From: a virus
Taxonomy: Monodnaviria > Loebvirae > Hofneiviricota > Faserviricetes > Tubulavirales > Inoviridae
IMG/VR virus record: IMGVR_UViG_2663762893_000001
DNA length: 11,866 nucleotides
Reading direction: 5' to 3' (one strand)
The position numbers and the translations under genes were made by a program. This document shows positions 6,147-11,866 of this stretch, in pieces. The notes under the pieces are model-generated. The model ran no database searches. It was given only the letters and a program-made list of their open reading frames with translations, and was not told where the DNA came from. The stretch's first letter is position 1; each line of letters starts with the position of its first letter.

Positions 6147-7789
6147 CGGTTTATTCCTTTATTTTTTCCTTTCTCTGGGTTTCCTTTCCCCGATATTCAT
6201 ATTCATTTGTACCAGCAATTGCAGCAGTGGCTGCGCGGGCTGTTATTCCTAAAGTCGTTGGCCGGGTGCTTGTTCGTCGCTTTGCTGCCAATGATGCGAT
6301 TTATACGGCATCACAGCTTACAGCAACCCGTGTTTTTGTTGGCCGCGCTGCGGCTAATGCTGCCGAATACTTGCCTGCTGCCTCATCATACAAAATGAGC
6401 GGTGTTGCAACGTGGGCGGGTATTGCTGCTGCTGTATCATCTTTTGTTCCGTCTTCTTTGAGTTCATCTGACGGCTCGGTAATGGTAATGACTAACGGTA
6501 AAAAGATTTCCGATAATTTATATGAAGTAACGTACAGTGGTCAAAGTGGTGAAAGTAAGACGATAACCGTTAATTTTGAACCACAGGAATTAAGTCCGGT
6601 AATCCTTCATGTTAGTCGTAATAATGTGGATGCGGGTTCTCCAGTTGTAGGTGTTGAAACAGGATATTCCACGCCAGATAATGCACTTTATTATTATCAG
6701 GATTCGAAAGAGCTAATTTATTACTATGGTGATAATCCAACTGAAATTGCCAGAAATTATCTTAATGACTATAACTCGCGTACTTATACTGAAACACTAA
6801 CGAATTTTGAACGCACTGTGACGAATAAAGTTGTCAACAGTAATGGAGATGTATCCTTTACTGAACAGAATTATAAGTTTACTTATCCTTCCTCATTTTA
6901 TGAAATACCTGAGATTACACACTTGTATAGCAACCCGGCCGCATCTTCATTTCCCGCAGGTATTCCCATGTATGAAAATGTAGCAGGGCTTCCCATGTAT
7001 TACAGCGTTGCTTATTTAACAGCAGGAAAGCAATATCAGTATCACAACACGCCTTGTAAAACGACTAATCAGTCAAATGGTGGATATTCGACGATTTGCG
7101 CCGTTCCTGAAAAAGAGGATTACACCGCAAAAGATATTGATGAAAAGAGTGAGCTTACTATCTGGACCAATACCAAATATAAAGCCATGACGGAAGTACT
7201 GGAGGCCGGAAATATTGAGTCCATGATTGATTATCTGGAGTATCTTGATAGTGTTAGTGTATCGCCAGCACTTCTTGCCGACATGATTAACGAGCTGTGG
7301 TCTGAAGCTGCCGTTAATGTCGATTATAACGGCTTACCGTTTAAAGAGGTTTCACCGGCTGAAGTAACTTCTGCGATGTCGGAACTTAGGCTATCTCCAA
7401 CGTTATTAGATATGCTTTCACCTGTATCTGACAGTGCAGGGGCTGACGTCAATATTGATATTACCATTAATAACAACTCAGGATCTGACACTGGAAATAA
7501 TGGCAATATAGATTTGGGAGAAGATCCCGGTGTAAAAGAGCCTGAGCTTGAAGAAACGCCAACGGCAAGAGATATTTTAACGCCAATTATTAACTTGTTG
7601 CCTTTTACAAACGAATTTAACATCGGCTCTCGTTCAGCATCCTGCCCCGTTGTTGAATTCAGCGTGTTTAATCACCAGTACAGAATTGACTCCCATTGTC
7701 CGTTAATTGAGCAGAACAGAAGCGCCGTAGAAACCATATTTCTGATTATATGGGGATTTGTTGCGCTCCGTATTATTCTGAGTGCCTAA
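6077..7789 (+). CDS. Minor coat / adsorption protein (pIII-like), up to 570 aa
   Basis: Largest structural ORF after the major coat gene; GGAG 8 nt upstream of ATG 6077. Hydrophobic N-proximal segment LTVYSFIFSFLWVSF, Ser/Gly/Asn-rich linker (SGSDTGNNGNIDLG) and C-terminal membrane anchor IFLIIWGFVALRIILSA. True start is uncertain; the in-frame ATG at 6395 is an alternative. Confidence 0.75.
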   Translation: MEIGFPFMGDRLSLCRYSWAKRLTVYSFIFSFLWVSFPRYSYSFVPAIAAVAARAVIPKVVGRVLVRRFAANDAIYTASQLTATRVFVGRAAANAAEYLPAASSYKMSGVATWAGIAAAVSSFVPSSLSSSDGSVMVMTNGKKISDNLYEVTYSGQSGESKTITVNFEPQELSPVILHVSRNNVDAGSPVVGVETGYSTPDNALYYYQDSKELIYYYGDNPTEIARNYLNDYNSRTYTETLTNFERTVTNKVVNSNGDVSFTEQNYKFTYPSSFYEIPEITHLYSNPAASSFPAGIPMYENVAGLPMYYSVAYLTAGKQYQYHNTPCKTTNQSNGGYSTICAVPEKEDYTAKDIDEKSELTIWTNTKYKAMTEVLEAGNIESMIDYLEYLDSVSVSPALLADMINELWSEAAVNVDYNGLPFKEVSPAEVTSAMSELRLSPTLLDMLSPVSDSAGADVNIDITINNNSGSDTGNNGNIDLGEDPGVKEPELEETPTARDILTPIINLLPFTNEFNIGSRSASCPVVEFSVFNHQYRIDSHCPLIEQNRSAVETIFLIIWGFVALRIILSA

Positions 7790-7801
7790 AGGAGTGCAAC
7801 T

Positions 7802-8089
7802 ATGTTTGGGATTCTGATTAGTGCATTAAATACTTTGTTAGGTTTTGTATTCCGGTCATTGATTATTAAATTCGTCGTATTCTTTGCGCTGTATTTTGTA
7901 GTCCAGGGCTTCGTTGAAATCCTTGTTGAGTTACTGCCAGATTCAAGCAATCTCTCATCGCTGTTTGCCAATTTATCAGACGGATTCTGGTACTTCATTA
8001 ACCTGAGTAAATTACCACAGGGGATTAGTATGATTATCTCCGCAATGGCTACTCGTTTTATTATTCGACGTATTCCTGTTATAGGGTGA
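7802..8089 (+). CDS. Minor coat protein (pVI-like), 95 aa, hydrophobic
   Basis: GGAG 7 nt upstream. Highly hydrophobic small protein directly after the pIII-like gene, as for gene VI in inoviruses. Confidence 0.65.
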   Translation: MFGILISALNTLLGFVFRSLIIKFVVFFALYFVVQGFVEILVELLPDSSNLSSLFANLSDGFWYFINLSKLPQGISMIISAMATRFIIRRIPVIG

Positions 8090-8092
8090 GTT

Positions 8093-9118
8093 ATGGCTAT
8101 TTCTGCATATATTGGCATACCCGGCTCAGGAAAAAGTTATGAAGCCGTTTACAATGTCATTATTCCGGCATTTACCAGCGGCCGGAGAGTTGTGACGAAC
8201 ATTTATGGTTTACAAAAAGATAAAATCACCGAACGTTATCCTGATGCAACGGGAGAAATTATTGTTGTGGATAATGATGATGTGCTTAAAGCAGATTTCT
8301 TTCCTTTTAAAGGTGGGGAAGGGAGCTTTTGCCAGTTTGGTGATTTAATTGTTATTGATGAAGCATGGCGAATCTTCGGTAGCGATAAGGATATGACGGC
8401 TGAGAAGAAATCATTTATTGCTGAACATCGTCATTTTACGCACCCTGAAACGGGTATTAGCTGTGATTTGGTTATTGTAAATCAGTCACTTTCTAATATT
8501 GCTCGCTTTCTGAAAGACAAAATAGAAACAACTTACCGGATGCGCAAGCTGAAAGCGTTGGGCCTGAATAATCATTATTGCATTGACGTATATTCAGGCC
8601 ACAAAATCTATAAAAGCAACCTCGTCACCAGTTATCGCAATAAATATAACCCTGATATTTTTGAACTTTACAAAAGTTATGAAGGAAATAACGGTAATGA
8701 AAAGCAGACAGATAAACGCCAGAGCATCTGGAATTCTGGCAAAGTCAGGTTCTTTCTTGTGCTTTTTCCATTGATGTTTATCGGGTCAGGCTGGCTGATT
8801 TACTCATTTTTCAGCACGTTTGGCCGAAGCGATCCCTCGCCAGATTTGACTACAACAGATGTACGTGATGCGGCCATGTTTCGTTCTTCCGCTGCTACTC
8901 CAGCACCAGATACTCCCTCAGAACCAGCTGAACCGCCACTTTCAACCGAGTGGCGTATATCAGGGAGAATGACCAGTGAAGGCAGGGCGTTTGTGATTCT
9001 TGTTAACGGTGCCGGTGTTTTGCGTGCCGTTCCTGCATCCAGTTTTAATTACAAAGGGATGTTGATGAGCGGAATTATTGATGGTGAGCGTGTGACGCTT
9101 TATACGGGGAAAAAATAA
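8093..9118 (+). CDS. Zot-like assembly ATPase (pI-like morphogenesis protein)
   Basis: 341 aa. N-terminal Walker A GIPGSGKSY and Walker B-like LIVIDEAW. The segment GIPGSGKS...PAFTSGRRVVTNIYGL parallels V. cholerae Zot as I recall it. Central TM segment FFLVLFPLMFIGSGWLIYSFF and Pro-rich C-terminal domain. Confidence 0.88.
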   Translation: MAISAYIGIPGSGKSYEAVYNVIIPAFTSGRRVVTNIYGLQKDKITERYPDATGEIIVVDNDDVLKADFFPFKGGEGSFCQFGDLIVIDEAWRIFGSDKDMTAEKKSFIAEHRHFTHPETGISCDLVIVNQSLSNIARFLKDKIETTYRMRKLKALGLNNHYCIDVYSGHKIYKSNLVTSYRNKYNPDIFELYKSYEGNNGNEKQTDKRQSIWNSGKVRFFLVLFPLMFIGSGWLIYSFFSTFGRSDPSPDLTTTDVRDAAMFRSSAATPAPDTPSEPAEPPLSTEWRISGRMTSEGRAFVILVNGAGVLRAVPASSFNYKGMLMSGIIDGERVTLYTGKK

Positions 9119-10362
9119 TGAAAAAGATTTTACTCGCATTAACGCTACTATTTTCTTCATGTGCTTTCGCAGGGTCAGAGCTTGAATTAAATAAAGTCAA
9201 GCTACCGGAGGCTATTTCTCTTATTTACAGTGAGGTGCTTAAAGTCCCGTATATGCTAGATCCACAGCTTGTTAATGATGAACGAATGATTACATTCAGG
9301 TTAACACCTGATATTGATGAACGGGAATTTGTAACCCGTTATCTTGGCAATATGAACATTCGAATATGGACGAAAAAGGGTGTTGATTTTATCGCGCCCT
9401 ATACGCCGAAAGAGCCGGTTAAGCCACGTTATACATGGACTTATACGCCTCAGTACCGTTCTGTTGCTTACCTGTCTGATATTCTTGGCGGCTACGTTTC
9501 AGGCTCCTTCAATAACAGTGGAGCCGTGATTTCTGACGATTCGCTAAAAGGTTCATCAGGGGCAAGCAACTACATCAATCGAACCGGTGATATTCTGGTT
9601 TATTATGGTACGAAAGAGGATATCGCCATCCTGAAAACACTGGTCACTTCGCTGGATACGATGAGTGATGAAGTGGTTGTTTCTGGTTATGTTTTTGAGG
9701 TTCAGACCTCGCAGTCTGACGGCTCCGGCATTCTTTTAGCGGCTAAAATTCTGTCTGATAAATTCAATATTTCAGTTGGTGCTGCCGGACTGGATAATTT
9801 TATCAATATTCGAACCGGCTCCATTGATGCCATTTTCAATCTGCTGAAAACCGACAGTCGTTTTACTGTTGTCAGTGCGCCACGACTGCGGGTAAAAAAT
9901 AATGCCTCAGCGTCTTTTTCAGTCGGCTCTGATGTGCCAGTACTGGGCAGTGTTACGGTGAATAACAATACGACAACGCAATCCGTTGAATATCGTTCCA
10001 GCGGTGTTTTGTTTAACGTGACGCCATCAATCAAAAGTCGGACAATGGATCTCAAGATTCAGCAGCAGCTTTCCAACTTTGTGACCACTGAAACCGGCGT
10101 CAATAACTCGCCAACCCTTATCAAGCGTGATGTAACAACCGAAGTCAGCCTTGCAGATGGTGATATTATTTTACTTGGTGGCCTTGCTGAACAGAAAGAC
10201 AGTAAGGCCAGTTCCGGCTGGAGCTTCTTCGGTTCCCGTACCAGTGAAAGCAACAAGACTGATATTATGGTGATGCTTCAGGTCAGAAAGGTTGACCGGA
10301 GCAGGGCGACGCCCCGCAGCGCCGCGAGGAGCGGTGAACTGTTCCGGGACAACCTGAACTGA
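9118..10362 (+). CDS. Secretin (pIV-like outer-membrane export channel)
   Basis: 414 aa. ATG overlaps the pI stop (TAATG at 9116-9120). N-terminal signal peptide MKKILLALTLLFSSCAFAG. C-terminal secretin-type region VVSAPRLRVKNNASASFSVGSDVPVL ... LADGDIILLGGL. Confidence 0.88.
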   Translation: MKKILLALTLLFSSCAFAGSELELNKVKLPEAISLIYSEVLKVPYMLDPQLVNDERMITFRLTPDIDEREFVTRYLGNMNIRIWTKKGVDFIAPYTPKEPVKPRYTWTYTPQYRSVAYLSDILGGYVSGSFNNSGAVISDDSLKGSSGASNYINRTGDILVYYGTKEDIAILKTLVTSLDTMSDEVVVSGYVFEVQTSQSDGSGILLAAKILSDKFNISVGAAGLDNFINIRTGSIDAIFNLLKTDSRFTVVSAPRLRVKNNASASFSVGSDVPVLGSVTVNNNTTTQSVEYRSSGVLFNVTPSIKSRTMDLKIQQQLSNFVTTETGVNNSPTLIKRDVTTEVSLADGDIILLGGLAEQKDSKASSGWSFFGSRTSESNKTDIMVMLQVRKVDRSRATPRSAARSGELFRDNLN

Positions 10363-10450
10363 TTGTATGGATTTTTATTATGGCGTTAACTTTTATGGGG
10401 TATGAACAGTACGACATCTTCTAGGTATTCAGTTACTTAGAGGATTTATT

Positions 10451-10699
10451 ATGTCTGTAAAAAATAAGGCGCGTGACCGACTTCCCGGTGGACGCCTTAA
10501 GTCTTATCGTCGTGTAGGTTCACATTTTGCCAGTTGTGCCAGATGGTTTGATAAATCGCCGTCCTGGTATCGCAATATGATGATGACCAGGCCTGAGCGT
10601 CGTGAAGTCAGAAGGCTTCTCAATCAGGTAATGCGTGGTCATGATGCTGACGGCATTGCTTTTCCGGTCAGTCATCGTCCGTTTGTTTATTGGTGGTGA
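10451..10699 (+). CDS. Hypothetical arginine-rich small protein (82 aa)
   Basis: Strong GAGGA RBS 6 nt upstream of the ATG. Basic, Arg/Trp-rich composition. No homolog recognised. Confidence 0.5.
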   Translation: MSVKNKARDRLPGGRLKSYRRVGSHFASCARWFDKSPSWYRNMMMTRPERREVRRLLNQVMRGHDADGIAFPVSHRPFVYWW

Positions 10700-10844
10700 A
10701 TTTCGTACGCACGAAATTTCACGCATAAACACCAGACAAAAAATCGTTAACTGTCTGTTTTGAAAGATAACGCCGGTCAGTGACAAAACTTGTTTTGTTG
10801 CTGTCCGGGGTTGGCCAAGCCGTACAGTTTCCATTTTCAGCGTT

Positions 10845-11093
10845 ATGGCTGATTCGGCGCGGCAGCATTCATCGGGGCTTATCATGGAAAAATTCATGAC
10901 ACATCAGGAGCTGAAAGTGATGCTTCTCAAAGATCCAGCATTCCGGGCTGCTTATGAAGCTGAGAGCCAGAACCCGCAATCCGGTTACCAGATTATCCGG
11001 CATCATGGTGATGGCACTGAAGAAGTGGTGTTTGATTCTCGTGTATCAGGTACAGATTTACCAACTAACTGGATGAACAGGCCTGATTGGTGA
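10845..11093 (+). CDS. Hypothetical small protein (82 aa from first ATG; alternative ATG at 10884 gives 69 aa)
   Basis: ORF in phage-side DNA just upstream of dif. Weak RBS at either start. No homolog recognised. Confidence 0.35.
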   Translation: MADSARQHSSGLIMEKFMTHQELKVMLLKDPAFRAAYEAESQNPQSGYQIIRHHGDGTEEVVFDSRVSGTDLPTNWMNRPDW

Positions 11094-11233
11094 GGTCAGG
11101 CCGTTCACTTACTGCTGACAGACATTTGATTCTGATTCGTTTGGAGAAACGGATGATTTTGAATCACTGTCGATAGTAGCCAGTTGACGGCCAGTGTCAA
11201 CGATTCCCGCCAGATTCTGCCATCCTTACCATT

Positions 11234-11261
11234 GGTGCGCATAATGTATATTATGTTAAAT
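11234..11261 (+). other. dif: dif / attR: canonical 28-bp chromosome dimer resolution site (XerC/XerD)
   Basis: Exact match to GGTGCGCATAATGTATATTATGTTAAAT, the E. coli dif sequence. Confidence 0.93.
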
Positions 11262-11413
11262 TGCCTGTGAAGGTCCTTTACTTCACCATTCACATCCACA
11301 CACAGATAAATCAATACGTTGTGATTTCTGACTTCCCTCCCGTTTCGGTAGAAAAATTCAACCTCTGTTCAGTGATGGCACACCATAGACCATGAGTTGG
11401 ATAATTGCGTTGT

Positions 11414-11866
11414 TTACAGCAGCCAGCGCTTTGATGGCACTATATCCCTCACGCTTCTGAATATGTTTGGGTGTGCGTGGGTTTTCCAGTAGTACTCGTA
11501 GCCCTGGCGATATAACGCAAAAGGTAATTTAGCGATCTGTTCATCAGTCAGGTTGGCATCACCGGAGTAAAGCACTTCGCTACCGGCGACTTCCTGAGCT
11601 CGTGCATCTGAAGCCTGCTTAAGACGTTGTTGAATAGTATCCAACTGTGAATCCTGCATACCATTGCGCCGTACAAGTCCTGAATTAAACATGCTAATGG
11701 TTGCAATCGATTTGAATCGTTTGTCCGTCTCGGCGGTAGCAAGTGAATACCCTCCTCCCCCGCAAATCCCCAACAAACCAATACGGGTGCTATCAACACC
11801 AGGATACTGGCTGATGAAATCAGCCATACCGTGGATATCTTCAATACGATTCGCAGGTTTATCCAC
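11414..11866 (-). CDS. Dienelactone hydrolase-family protein, C-terminal ~150 codons (N-terminus beyond the window end)
   Basis: Minus-strand ORF running to the window edge; its first in-window codon is GTG, so the true start is upstream of position 11866. Contains a G-x-C-x-G nucleophile elbow (LLGICGGGG) typical of dienelactone hydrolases. Chromosomal flank to the right of dif. Confidence 0.6.
   Translation of the reverse strand: MDKPANRIEDIHGMADFISQYPGVDSTRIGLLGICGGGGYSLATAETDKRFKSIATISMFNSGLVRRNGMQDSQLDTIQQRLKQASDARAQEVAGSEVLYSGDANLTDEQIAKLPFALYRQGYEYYWKTHAHPNIFRSVRDIVPSKRWLL

Larger units (their letters stand above)
1668..11261. mobile_element. Integrated filamentous (Inoviridae-type) prophage at dif, about 9.6 kb; architecture like the CUS-1 / Ypf-phi family
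   Basis: Bounded by a dif-like hybrid site (1668-1700) and a canonical dif (11234-11261). Contains a divergent XRE regulator and rolling-circle Rep, then ssDNA-binding-size, major coat, pIII-like, pVI-like, Zot-like pI and secretin pIV genes in inovirus order on the + strand. No integrase gene seen. Confidence 0.88.

Noticed and set aside
6207-6398. Alternate-frame hydrophobic ORF (TTG start in the ORF track) overlapping the 5' region of the pIII-like gene
   Set aside because: No ATG with an RBS at its 5' end and it overlaps the pIII-like frame. Kept only as a note because its stop overlaps the in-frame ATG at 6395 (ATGA); not called as a gene.
4630-10256. Short ORFs within the structural module: 4630..4812(-), 5664..5900(-), 7324..7623(-), 7786..8118(-), 8583..8774(+), 8960..9160(-), 9702..10055(-), 10059..10256(-)
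   Set aside because: Each overlaps a larger, functionally recognisable + strand gene (Rep, coat, pIII-like, pVI-like, Zot-like, secretin); inovirus genes are normally all on the packaged strand.
10520-10897. Minus-strand 125-aa ORF
   Set aside because: Overlaps two + strand ORFs, one of which has a strong RBS; the translation has no recognisable features.
11105-11314. Minus-strand 69-aa ORF spanning the dif site
   Set aside because: Crosses the conserved 28-bp dif and the phage/chromosome junction; most likely fortuitous.
11548-11844. Minus-strand 98-aa ORF
   Set aside because: Alternate frame inside the dienelactone-hydrolase-family ORF, which carries the recognisable G-x-C-x-G motif.
1-11866. 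Searched for a tyrosine/serine integrase gene, tRNA or rRNA genes and CRISPR repeat arrays
   Set aside because: None found: no integrase-sized ORF, no tRNA-like or rRNA-like sequence, and no regularly spaced direct repeats. Absence of an integrase is consistent with XerCD-dependent integration at dif.

Overview
The window holds the E. coli-type hipBA toxin-antitoxin operon (1-1589) followed 78 bp later by a ~9.6-kb filamentous (inovirus-type) prophage integrated at the chromosomal dif site, then the 3' part of a chromosomal dienelactone-hydrolase-family gene. The prophage is bracketed by a hybrid dif-like attL (1668-1700) and an exact 28-bp dif at attR (11234-11261), and encodes no integrase, which points to XerCD-mediated integration. 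Its + strand carries Rep, an ssDNA-binding-size gene, major coat, pIII-like, pVI-like, Zot-like pI and pIV secretin genes; a divergent XRE regulator sits on the minus strand. The two most interesting observations are (1) a second, inverted dif-like site (1734-1760) that with attL and the intervening GC hairpin could fold into a CTX-phi-style forked ssDNA attP, and (2) a low-GC accessory gene for a 367-aa two-TM protein (1767-2870) of unknown function, with an adjacent 4-TM protein gene. The layout resembles the CUS-1/Ypf-phi family as I recall it. All identifications rest on reading the sequence and on memory of protein families; no searches were run, and the GC estimate is by eye.
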